Below, piece after piece: positions 24,877-34,399 of a DNA stretch of 64,000 nt; the stretch's first letter is position 1; each line of letters opens with the position of its first letter. The stretch covers positions 1 to 64,000 of the forward strand of contig JAANOX010000228.1 of NCBI GenBank assembly GCA_020184695.1. The letters run 5' to 3'. The position numbers and the translations under genes are program-made. This stretch comes from Histomonas meleagridis 2922-C6/04-290x (taxonomy: Eukaryota > Protista > Parabasalia). The notes beneath the pieces are model-generated. The model had not been told where the DNA came from and did no database searches. It saw only the letters and a program-made list of their open reading frames with translations.

Positions 24877-27531
24877 TTAGGCTTTGATGTGCTCTCTGAG
24901 TTTGATACTCCAAGCGAACAAGACGAATGCCAAAATCGTTGCGATTCCTTCGATTGGCAACTTCATCACCAATTCGCTGATTGACCTTTCGATGACTACT
25001 CTCTGTGTGTAGATTGGCTTCTCGTTGTCGTCCTCTCCGATTCTTCTCAGCTCTATTCCGCATGCGCCATTGAGTGCCTCAGTGCTGTAACTCAAACGAC
25101 TTCCCCTCTTCTTCTGCGTGAGTGGAACTACGTCTACTAAGTCGCCCTGCTTGTCGTAGATGTTTGCCTTCAATGCGCCGCTTGGCAACTTCTTGTTGTC
25201 GACAATTATGTTGTAATCAACAATTAAATATTTTGCGGATTCGATGACTTTGGACTTGATGTCGATGCTGCCGATGACTTTGACTTTCGATTGGTATAAA
25301 CCTGACTCAGTGTTCACTGGAACGAGTTCTTTGCCTTTACGTATCATTATCGCAATGGTTATTTCACCTGACGGAATAGCACCGGTGATTTGTGCCTTAG
25401 CGTTATACTTGTCGTCAATTAATTTGGCCTTCTTCTCAAGTAACACGTTCTTAGTCTCTGGATTTAAGATGACAATGACTGGATATGCGTATGTTGACGT
25501 GAGTACTTTATCATTCTCTTTATCTTTGAGAACAAATTGTAACTTAAGTTTGTCGCCATATTTCAAGTCATTTGTTACAATTTTGTCGCCTTCAGCAATG
25601 ATTGTTGTGCTTACTTTGATGAAGCATTCCTTCTCTTGCTGTAATAAAATTGGTTCATTTGATTCTGAGTTAAACAAGAAGTCAACTGTGAATCCGGTTG
25701 CGATATCTAAGTTCTCGTCAACATTACTTTCGAATTCGACATATAATTTCTTTTCTTTATCAACTTTAACATCACCGTCAATAGTTTTAATGACTGAATC
25801 GCCAACTTTAATACGCATCTTATATTGTTGTGTTTCGGATGATGTCTGTGGATAAAATGCTTCGCCTGATGCATCTGTTAATTCTCCTTTAATGATTTCT
25901 TCATTTTGGAATGGTACAAATTCTTGTCCAATCTCTAATGCCGGTGTCATCTTAACCTTAAGGACATCACTTAGCTTAAGATCTGTTGGTAATTCGACGT
26001 TAATTGCGGACATTGTACCTTCGACTTTATAAGAGAATTCTTTATGCGTATGAATGCCATTAACTTTATCACCGATTTCAATAATCACCTTTAAGTTACC
26101 AATTGGTATAGCTAATGATGGTAATTGGTATGTAAACTCAAGTTGTGTCTTGAAGTCTTCATTCTTATGGTATAAAATTGCGCCGGCGGAATCTGTGATT
26201 TGGAATGTGACTGCTGTTGTTGGTTGAACTTCAATTGAGTCATCGAATTTGCCTTCGATTTTAACATTGAAGTTAACTCCGGGTGAAACTACGCCACCAA
26301 TTGGAATGATCTCATCTGCTTGGAGATATGCTTCGCATGAGACGTAGACTGGTAATGAAACATGCGCACGGACAGACTTCGTGATGACAAGTGGAATGCC
26401 CATCTCTGTTGTGAACCATGCAACAACATCAATTCCCATTTGGCCAAGTTTGTTAACTGATGCAAATCGTTGGGCATTGTAAAGACCGGTCTTATAATCA
26501 ATTTGTAATGTTTCGGTGTATGGGGCTTCATCACCTAAGAGGGTGGTGACATTAACACGCATTAATGGATTGACAAATCGACCAAGCGATGTGACGGCAA
26601 TGACTGGATGAATGACTTGTTGGACTTTGACGCCTTCTTTTTCGATATCAAACATGTTGCCTTCTACTGATCCACATAATACTTTGATCTCAAAGAACTT
26701 AGAGATTTCACCAGAGGCTGAAAGAATGACATTGGCATAGTATAAGTCGGCAAGTGAACCACTTAACTTCACTGCATGGACAAGTGAAATTGGAAATGCT
26801 TCTCCACCAAGGAAATAAAGGAAACGTGCACCAGCTGCAGCTTCTTCATTGTCAAGTTTTCCTTCTTTGATTTGGGAATTTAACTTGGAAATGACATATT
26901 CGGAAATACGATGATATGGAATTGAAAGAGAAATGAACTTAGCAATGGAACCTGCATAAAGCTGAGCTTTGATTGGTGAAACACCTTCGATTTCAAAATG
27001 ATCTTCAACAAGGAGATCTGTAATGAAATTCTTTGTGGCAAATGTGTTGAGCCAAGTGGTATCAGAATCATGGAACCTTGAAAGAAGTTGGTAAGCATAG
27101 TATGTGGCTTCAATTGATGGTTGTGATTCTGGTGTATCCTTGAATAAGCCAGAAACCATATCATAGTTTGAATGAAGATAATCAATGATACGTTGGATAT
27201 CAATTGACTCTGGTGCAATCATGGTGGACATAACAAAATATAAGTATGTGCCATAAATTGATGATTTGGATCCTGGAGTAAGTGATGCACCTCCATCACG
27301 ATTGTGGAGAGTTTGAATCCAGCGGAAACAAGTTTTGGCTTCAATATATGGGAAAGCACCATAGGTAGCGGCAAGCCAAACAGCGCGATATGTATCACGC
27401 GCATTTGCTTCACGTTCGGTGTCGTAAAAGCCACCGGTTTGATGCTGGAAACGAATTAAATCAGTGATCTCCTTTCCCATTGTGTATGCATCGATTAGGG
27501 ATGATGCAAGAGTCAAAAGACCAAAAAACAT
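24877..27531 (-). CDS. Ribophorin II (OST subunit RPN2/SWP1)-like type I membrane protein
   Basis: Signal peptide MFFGLLTLASS, N-terminal alpha-alpha toroid-like repeats (DGGASLTPGSKSSIYGTY), beta-rich domains and a C-terminal TM helix; family assignment is inferred from architecture. Confidence 0.6.
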   Translation of the reverse strand: MFFGLLTLASSLIDAYTMGKEITDLIRFQHQTGGFYDTEREANARDTYRAVWLAATYGAFPYIEAKTCFRWIQTLHNRDGGASLTPGSKSSIYGTYLYFVMSTMIAPESIDIQRIIDYLHSNYDMVSGLFKDTPESQPSIEATYYAYQLLSRFHDSDTTWLNTFATKNFITDLLVEDHFEIEGVSPIKAQLYAGSIAKFISLSIPYHRISEYVISKLNSQIKEGKLDNEEAAAGARFLYFLGGEAFPISLVHAVKLSGSLADLYYANVILSASGEISKFFEIKVLCGSVEGNMFDIEKEGVKVQQVIHPVIAVTSLGRFVNPLMRVNVTTLLGDEAPYTETLQIDYKTGLYNAQRFASVNKLGQMGIDVVAWFTTEMGIPLVITKSVRAHVSLPVYVSCEAYLQADEIIPIGGVVSPGVNFNVKIEGKFDDSIEVQPTTAVTFQITDSAGAILYHKNEDFKTQLEFTYQLPSLAIPIGNLKVIIEIGDKVNGIHTHKEFSYKVEGTMSAINVELPTDLKLSDVLKVKMTPALEIGQEFVPFQNEEIIKGELTDASGEAFYPQTSSETQQYKMRIKVGDSVIKTIDGDVKVDKEKKLYVEFESNVDENLDIATGFTVDFLFNSESNEPILLQQEKECFIKVSTTIIAEGDKIVTNDLKYGDKLKLQFVLKDKENDKVLTSTYAYPVIVILNPETKNVLLEKKAKLIDDKYNAKAQITGAIPSGEITIAIMIRKGKELVPVNTESGLYQSKVKVIGSIDIKSKVIESAKYLIVDYNIIVDNKKLPSGALKANIYDKQGDLVDVVPLTQKKRGSRLSYSTEALNGACGIELRRIGEDDNEKPIYTQRVVIERSISELVMKLPIEGIATILAFVLFAWSIKLREHIKA

Positions 27532-28311
27532 TTCTGTCACTTTTCACCGACCGTATTCAGTGAAAAATTGCGGTTTGTCGTCAAGAAGTAAATATAACGA
27601 TAGCAACATTGAATTCAATGATTTTTCAATCATCAGCGTGTGGACAAAGATCTCATTTATAAGATTGTTCCATAATGCAGATTTAAAAAATAACTATTTT
27701 ATAATGAGTTCGATAATTATTGAGCTTTCATTTAAACAGTATTGAATTGCTGTTGGGAAATGATAATCAATTTGTAATGTTGACGTAATGTAATAGATAA
27801 TTTTTAATACTTTCGACAGATAAAACTGTAATTTCATATTAACTCTATCAATGATATATATAGTTGCTAAACTATATAGCAAAATCATCGTCACCATTTT
27901 TTAATAAAAATTTAGTGATACAAATTTTTAGATTCGTTTTTGGATTTGTCAAGCATTGGGAATTTGGTTAAATCTAATTACATATGATATGTATTAAATG
28001 CTTTCTTAGGTAGAAATATAATGTTAATTTTTATCTTTACAATAAATTTTTAAGATTAATTTAAGGATTCCCAATATATGCAAAGTCTACGTTTTGATCT
28101 GATGATTATTTTGCTGAATCAAATAAATATAAATATCAAACATTCGTCTGTTTATTTAGAAATATGACATTCTTAAGTAACTTCTTGTTAACATTAAGTA
28201 TTAAGTTGGGAAATACATTCGCAAAGAAAATATTTTGAAAAGATGAATTCGAATTTTTTTCATTTTCCCAACTTCATACAAAAATCTGTTTATTTATTAT
28301 TTATATCACAA

Positions 28312-29451
28312 TTAACTTCTTTTATACACATGCACATTTGCGTTGTTCGACACCGCGATGTCATCGCCTCTCGACTCCACTGCGTGCACGCAGCATTCCT
28401 TTGCTTGCGACGACTTTTTCTTAGCGAAGAAGTTGAAGCTTGTTTTCGGCTTCTCCAAATTCTCTGTTGCGTACTTTGTCATACGCAAATTATTTTTCAG
28501 CGACGCAATGTATATTGAGCTCGCGTATGAACCAGTTGCGACGCAGTCATTGTTGACCCAGCAACTGCGGAACAGTTCGGAATCGCCGCAAACATCATGT
28601 TCGTGCTCGTGAGACAATGTAACGTTTAAAAGACAATTAGACGTGTTACGTAAGTCCCAAAACATGATGTATCCGAAGTGGCGAGTGAAAAATTTGGTGC
28701 CATCGGATGAAAATCGGCAATCTAAAACTGATCGAGGTTTCGTGGTAAGGACTTTGGATGGCATGGTACGTCGCGAAGGCACGCTCTGATGTGGCTGGAT
28801 GCGTGTGTCAATGATATTTCCAAATCCAACTTCATCGCCAACAAGAATAACTTCGGAATCTGTCGGACTGTAGTCAAGACGTGTAAGACGGGCTTCCTCG
28901 GATGTGTAGACTTGAAGAGAGGGATTGAGGTGTTCAATTCTACGAACTACGATGTAGGTACTTTCGGTATATGAAAAATCAATTCCATTGGGGGAACATT
29001 TAAGTGAACTAAAATTACAGCCAATGCGTGGATTACAACGAGTTACTTCATTCATTGAAAATAATTGCTGAGTTTGACTGAAAATGGGAAATTCCATCCC
29101 ATTAAGCTGGAAATCTTCATTAACTAGAGGGATTTCATGGTTAGATATACTAAGAATTCTAATTTCTTGGCTTCCAAGTGTAAGTAATAAAGGACAATGT
29201 CTTTTGATTGGAATAAAGTCTAAGTCATATACAGGCGAACGTGTAACATCTCTTATACGTTCATCAATAGAAAGTGATGTACCAACAATTTTATTAACTT
29301 GGCTCCAGCTATTTTTCTGATTGAAAAGTAGAATATCTCCTTTTGATGTACCCGCAGCTAAATAATCATTTCCCATGGAAAATGATAGACATGTTATATA
29401 TCCAGTCTCTGGATCATTTTGAAATGTGAAGTTTGGGCTCCACTTCTCCAT
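28312..29451 (-). CDS. WD40 protein, PP2A regulatory subunit B55-like (divergent)
   Basis: ITCLSFSMGNDYLAAGTSKGDILLF, SLSIDERIRDV and FSSDGTKFFTRHFGYIMFWDL parallel B55/CDC55 motifs. Confidence 0.7.
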   Translation of the reverse strand: MEKWSPNFTFQNDPETGYITCLSFSMGNDYLAAGTSKGDILLFNQKNSWSQVNKIVGTSLSIDERIRDVTRSPVYDLDFIPIKRHCPLLLTLGSQEIRILSISNHEIPLVNEDFQLNGMEFPIFSQTQQLFSMNEVTRCNPRIGCNFSSLKCSPNGIDFSYTESTYIVVRRIEHLNPSLQVYTSEEARLTRLDYSPTDSEVILVGDEVGFGNIIDTRIQPHQSVPSRRTMPSKVLTTKPRSVLDCRFSSDGTKFFTRHFGYIMFWDLRNTSNCLLNVTLSHEHEHDVCGDSELFRSCWVNNDCVATGSYASSIYIASLKNNLRMTKYATENLEKPKTSFNFFAKKKSSQAKECCVHAVESRGDDIAVSNNANVHVYKRS

Positions 29452-29720
29452 CCCAATTGGGAGAAGGGGTTAAACCTATCGTCCGGATGGGTTACAAACC
29501 GTTAATTCTATATGGGAAGCTCAAAAAGTTTTGGTCTCTAAAAAAGGTACTCATACAACTTTTAATTAACAAAAACAATGTTAAATAACCAAGCTCTTTC
29601 TATTAGTGTTGTATTGCGACTTACTCTTTTAATTTAAAAAAAACATTGATTAATCAATTAAAATTCTATTTTGTTGAAGAAAGATTATTTTAAAGAGTGA
29701 GAATTGAAAGAAAAACAAAT

Positions 29721-30107
29721 TTACTCAGCGTTAAACTTGGCAACAGCTTTACCACCTTCTGAAACAGCATGTTTGGCAAGATCTCCTGGAAGAACAAGAC
29801 GAACAGCTGTTTGGATTTCGCGGGATCCAAGTGTGTTACGATCATTCATATCAACAAGACGAGCTCCTTCACGTGCAATACGTTCGAAGATATCAGTGAC
29901 AAAGTTGTTCATAACTAACATGGCTTTGTTTGAGATACCAATATCTGGATGAACTTGTTTAAGTACTTTGAAAATGTAAGATGAGAAAGATTCATTCCTC
30001 TTCTTATGACGTTGCTTCTTTTCCTTTTCAGTTTCAGCTGGGGCTTCACCATCAACAGCTGGCTTCTTTTCTGTTGGTGTCTTTGAAGCTGGTTTCTTAG
30101 TCGACAT
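29721..30107 (-). CDS. H2B: Histone H2B
   Basis: [40 protein letters not shown]...[23 protein letters not shown]; ATG at 30107. Confidence 0.98.
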   Translation of the reverse strand: MSTKKPASKTPTEKKPAVDGEAPAETEKEKKQRHKKRNESFSSYIFKVLKQVHPDIGISNKAMLVMNNFVTDIFERIAREGARLVDMNDRNTLGSREIQTAVRLVLPGDLAKHAVSEGGKAVAKFNAE

Positions 30108-30160
30108 TCTAAAAAATGACCAATTTATTTTTACCTCCAAAAATGTTCAAAAATTAGAAA

Positions 30161-30344
30161 TGTCGTTTTGATACAACAGTTTTTGTATTTAGAATATTCA
30201 CTGAATATTAATGTCGTCATGATCCTATTAAATTATATAGAAAAAAATTGAATTAAATTCTCTCAAAAATAATGTCGTTTTGTTCCACTAAAATTTTAAT
30301 GGATATAATTTATTTTAACCCCGCTATTATTTATTGTCGTTTTG
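30161..30344. promoter_or_regulatory. Bidirectional histone promoter with four TGTCGT motifs
   Basis: TGTCGT at 30161, 30212, 30273 and 30335 (three as TGTCGTTTTG), between the divergent H2B and H2A genes. Confidence 0.6.
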
Positions 30345-30411
30345 CTCCCGCATTATTTGTGAGAATGAAATGCGCTGCTTTTTGAGTGAATAAAAAATCC
30401 ATTATTTTTTT

Positions 30412-30813
30412 ATGCCAGCCAAGAAAGGTGTTAAGAAAACAGTTACAAAGACAGCAGTTGATGGAGAACGTGCTCATCCAAAGACAAGGTCAAGTCGTGC
30501 AGGACTTCAATTTCCAGTTGGACGTCTTCATCGTTTCCTTCGTGAAGGTCGTTATGGTGACCGTGTTGGTGCAGGCGCTCCAGTATTCATGGCAGCAGTT
30601 CTCGAATATCTTACAGTCGAAGTTTTGGAACTTGCCGGAAATGCAGCACGTGATAACAAGAAGACAAGAATTTCGCCACGTCATATCATGCTTGCAATTC
30701 GTAATGATGAAGAATTGAACCAACTTCTTTCTAATATCACAATTGCATCAGCAGGTGTTGTTCCACATATCCACAAAGTTCTTCTTGGACAAACAAAGAA
30801 GAAGGAAGAGTAA
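30412..30813 (+). CDS. H2A: Histone H2A
   Basis: [20 protein letters not shown]...[31 protein letters not shown] signature. Confidence 0.98.
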   Translation: MPAKKGVKKTVTKTAVDGERAHPKTRSSRAGLQFPVGRLHRFLREGRYGDRVGAGAPVFMAAVLEYLTVEVLELAGNAARDNKKTRISPRHIMLAIRNDEELNQLLSNITIASAGVVPHIHKVLLGQTKKKEE

Positions 30814-30978
30814 ATATATTTCTCGGGTATATTTAAATAAACTCTATTTTATCGATTTAATTTTTTTACAGAAGAAAATTGTTTTAACGATAGCGAATTC
30901 TGATGTTCATGCACTCAAAAAATCTATCGTTCAAAAAAAATTCCGAATATATTCATTTTATTGAGGTTAACTTCCTTT

Positions 30979-32262
30979 TTACAAGGATTCGTTACTTGAT
31001 GGACCAAATGTAAAGTTTGATAATTGGAATTCTGGATCTTTTGTCATTAGTACAGAATCTTGTGGAGTTTCTCCTGTAAATGCAGAACAAAAGTTTTCCG
31101 GATCCATTTCATCAACAGCCTTAAAATCTTTTGGTTTAATTTCACATCTTAAAACCTTCTCCCAGTTCAATCCATGGAAGAATTGATGTGCTTTAATCTG
31201 ATCACAGTCAGGTCTTTCGTCAGGGTTTTTCTTTAGCAGGCACCTAATCAAGTCCGAGCATGCCTTATGACTATGTTTAGGTATTTCTGGTTCCATATGT
31301 AATATATTGTCAAACATCACGTTTTGATTCTCATTATAGAAAGGAGTTTCTTGGAACATGATCTCATATGTAAGTATCCCAAGAGCCCACCAGTCTACTT
31401 TAAAGGTATAAGGCTTATGCAAAACGATTTCGGGCGCTAAGTACTCAGCGGTTCCGCAAAAAGTGTCGGTGTTTTCTGAGTCAACTTGTTTTGAGAGGCC
31501 AAAGTCGGTTAGTTTGATGTGGCCCTCTTTGCTGAGGAGGATGTTCTCGGGCTTTAAGTCTCTATAGATGATGTTGTTTTTGTGGAGGTGTTCTAGGGCA
31601 AGGATGATTTCGGCAAGATATAAACGAACATCATCAATTGGAAGAACACTAAGATTAAAAAGATGATGAAGAAGTTCCCCACCTGGCGCATATTCAAGAC
31701 CAATGTAAAACTTATGAGCAGTTTGAAATGCAAATTCAATCCGAACAATGAATGGATTTGGTTCAAGTGAATATAAAAGATTACGTTCGGCTTGAACAGT
31801 GGATTCTTGTTTCATTTCAAGAATACGCTTCTTGTGAATGGTCTTGATAGCATAGAGTTTACCAGTGTCAAGTTTTTCAACAAGCATAACTTTCCCATAA
31901 AAGCCACGACCAAGAACACTGATGATTCGAAATTGATCCATGGAATATGACTTAGACGTGGATTTGCATGTCCTAAGTGCAAAGACCCAATTGAGAACTT
32001 CAGGAAGAATACCCGCAAGGACAATCTTCTTATTTGCTGTCTCAATGGTAAATTGAGATTTGTTATCTTCAAGTTTTATTTCTGTGTTGTCATCTATTTT
32101 TATAAATTTGTAGTGATCAGCAAAAGAATTTGTTTTTGAAACATAAAGCTTTTTGCCTTTTAACCAATAATAGCGTACACGCCAAATACCTAAAGCTCCT
32201 CTGGTCTTGAGTGGACCAGATATTCTTGGTTCCTCTTCTTTCTCTGCTTCATCTTTTTGCAT
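30979..32262 (-). CDS. PH-domain AGC-family Ser/Thr kinase (Akt/SGK-like)
   Basis: N-terminal PH-like segment; GRGFYGKV, YRDLKPEN, DFG and FCGTAEYLAPE motifs; AGC C-tail with FSNFTF; first ATG at 32262. Confidence 0.93.
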   Translation of the reverse strand: MQKDEAEKEEEPRISGPLKTRGALGIWRVRYYWLKGKKLYVSKTNSFADHYKFIKIDDNTEIKLEDNKSQFTIETANKKIVLAGILPEVLNWVFALRTCKSTSKSYSMDQFRIISVLGRGFYGKVMLVEKLDTGKLYAIKTIHKKRILEMKQESTVQAERNLLYSLEPNPFIVRIEFAFQTAHKFYIGLEYAPGGELLHHLFNLSVLPIDDVRLYLAEIILALEHLHKNNIIYRDLKPENILLSKEGHIKLTDFGLSKQVDSENTDTFCGTAEYLAPEIVLHKPYTFKVDWWALGILTYEIMFQETPFYNENQNVMFDNILHMEPEIPKHSHKACSDLIRCLLKKNPDERPDCDQIKAHQFFHGLNWEKVLRCEIKPKDFKAVDEMDPENFCSAFTGETPQDSVLMTKDPEFQLSNFTFGPSSNESL

Positions 32263-32549
32263 TATGAATTCAGCAAAAATGAGGTTAAATTCGACCAATT
32301 TATATCACAAAAAGTAGATGAGCAGTTTGATTTTGTAAACTATTTATTATTGACCGCTCATCAACTTTTTCAATAAATGTCCATTCGAATTAACGTACAA
32401 GCTTTGTAAAGAAAGCTTTCAATTTTTTTGCCGATTGTACTTTTGTGAAGGCGAACGTTTGCATTTGAAAAAAACGTTAAAAAAATGAACAAAACAAAAA
32501 ATCAATTGTCTAAAAAAAGAAGGATTTATATAAGTTTATTAAACATATA

Positions 32550-33572
32550 TTAAATTTCAATCAAATCCGGCTTGAAATCTTTTTTTACGTTCAAAATTTC
32601 ATTCTTGTCTATTGGGTTTACCTTTGGAAATATAGATCCATATCCAATCAAACAAGTTCTTACTCTTGACGATTCCTTCACGTCAAGAGGGGAAAAGCTA
32701 TCCATTTCAATATTTTCGTTCTCATCTATCCTAACAATTCCTGCGTTGTTGTACTTTCCACAATAATCATAGGAGCTAAAGACAGTAATTACTTTTTGAT
32801 CATTTCCAAACATTGCTTTGCAACCAGTTTCGCAGAATTCATGAGCTCTAATTACCCTAATAAATCCACAACAATCCAAGAAATGATCCAATGCATCTGA
32901 TCCAAACACACATCCAACTCCTCTGGCATTGGGTTCAAACCCATCTACATCTTGAGATGGATCGCTCCACAATAAATCTGTTTCAACGCCATCGATTTTT
33001 TCAATTTGAACTTTAGATATCTTACTAATGTCCTCAAGAGAGTTAATTTTGTTTGAAATTCCTCCGTGAACACAAAATGTTTTTCCTATTATTGCACATA
33101 ATGGAATATATTGAAAGCTTTGAATAAATGAATTGAATAATTGCTCGTTAAGCTTAACAGCGCACTCTGATGCAAATCCGTATTCAGCGCACATTGAGAG
33201 AAATTCGTGGTTTCCACGAAGCATGAAAAGATTGTTTGGAAAAAGAGCTTTGAGGGAATAAAGAAGAATAAGCACTTCGCATGAACAACTTCCACGGTCT
33301 ATATAATCTCCCAAAAATAGATAAGAAGTCTGAGGTGGAAATCCATATTTTTTTAAGATATAAATTAAAGATTTTATATTACCATGAATGTCACCAACTA
33401 TAACAAATTTGCCTTCTAAGTGCAAAACAGTTGGTTCTTTTTGAAGTATTTTAGATGTTGTATCAATTAAATTTTGAATTTCTTTTTGCGTAAATTTTAT
33501 ACATGTTTCCTTTTCTGGGTTTAGTAAAAGTATCACTTTGTTGGCAATCTCTATCAAATCTTTTTCATCCAT
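32550..33572 (-). CDS. PPP-family (PP1-like) Ser/Thr protein phosphatase
   Basis: GDIHG, GDYIDRG, RGNHE, HGG, DLLWSDP and RAHE motifs. Confidence 0.95.
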   Translation of the reverse strand: MDEKDLIEIANKVILLLNPEKETCIKFTQKEIQNLIDTTSKILQKEPTVLHLEGKFVIVGDIHGNIKSLIYILKKYGFPPQTSYLFLGDYIDRGSCSCEVLILLYSLKALFPNNLFMLRGNHEFLSMCAEYGFASECAVKLNEQLFNSFIQSFQYIPLCAIIGKTFCVHGGISNKINSLEDISKISKVQIEKIDGVETDLLWSDPSQDVDGFEPNARGVGCVFGSDALDHFLDCCGFIRVIRAHEFCETGCKAMFGNDQKVITVFSSYDYCGKYNNAGIVRIDENENIEMDSFSPLDVKESSRVRTCLIGYGSIFPKVNPIDKNEILNVKKDFKPDLIEI

Positions 33573-34399
33573 TTTTAAAAACTGAATCTGAGTTCTTCAT
33601 AAGTTTTTGAAATAAAATTTTCATTTGATCAAATTAAATTTTGGAAAACTTGAATTCAATACACTGAAAATCTTTCAAAAAGTGCATTTCTGTGGGCGAA
33701 AAATGACAGAAAAAAAGCGAAAAACTTTGGGAAAATTTGGAACGTTTTTCTTTAAACAAAAGATCAAGGAAAAACTTTTGATAAATCACTACCTTGCATA
33801 TGAATAGATATATGGTTTGATTTAATTATGTACATTCTGATCTTAATGAAAAATCACAAAAATATATTGTAGTTGAGTTGTTATGGCTTTATGTAACCAA
33901 CTCCAACAAAAATAACATTTCTTTAGAATGGAAAATTGTTTCAAATCTTTTGGATAGGAAAAGTTTGTGCAAATGCTAAGAAAACTTTTGATTTTCTAAC
34001 AATTTTGAAACCTTCTGCTTGCACTACCCTAAACGAAACATCGTTGTTAAAGCCAATATTGTAACTTAAACTAAATACCAGTAGAGGCAAGATCCAATTA
34101 TTTTAAACCAATCATGTAAATACATTTTGATGGTAAGAGAATATGAAATAAAATTTATTTTTCCATGCCTACTCACATTTTAATATTGAATCATATTAAA
34201 CAAATAATAATATATGTTGTTAACGGGAAAATGCTAATATTATTTTGTTTTTACATTTGTATAATGAAATCTGAAATTTATTTTTTTAATTATTTAATGT
34301 CTAAGTCACTGCCTATGACTCGTCTTTTGATGAATTCTGGTAGACTTGCTTCATAGTGATCCACAATGATAATGCTATCCAATTCTTCCAAAGCTTCAT

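Noticed and set aside
25244-25855. Antisense ORFs overlapping real genes (e.g. 25244-25855, 15061-15429, 19177-19527, 29704-29952)
   Set aside because: These are shadow frames of well-supported genes on the opposite strand, with no independent motifs.
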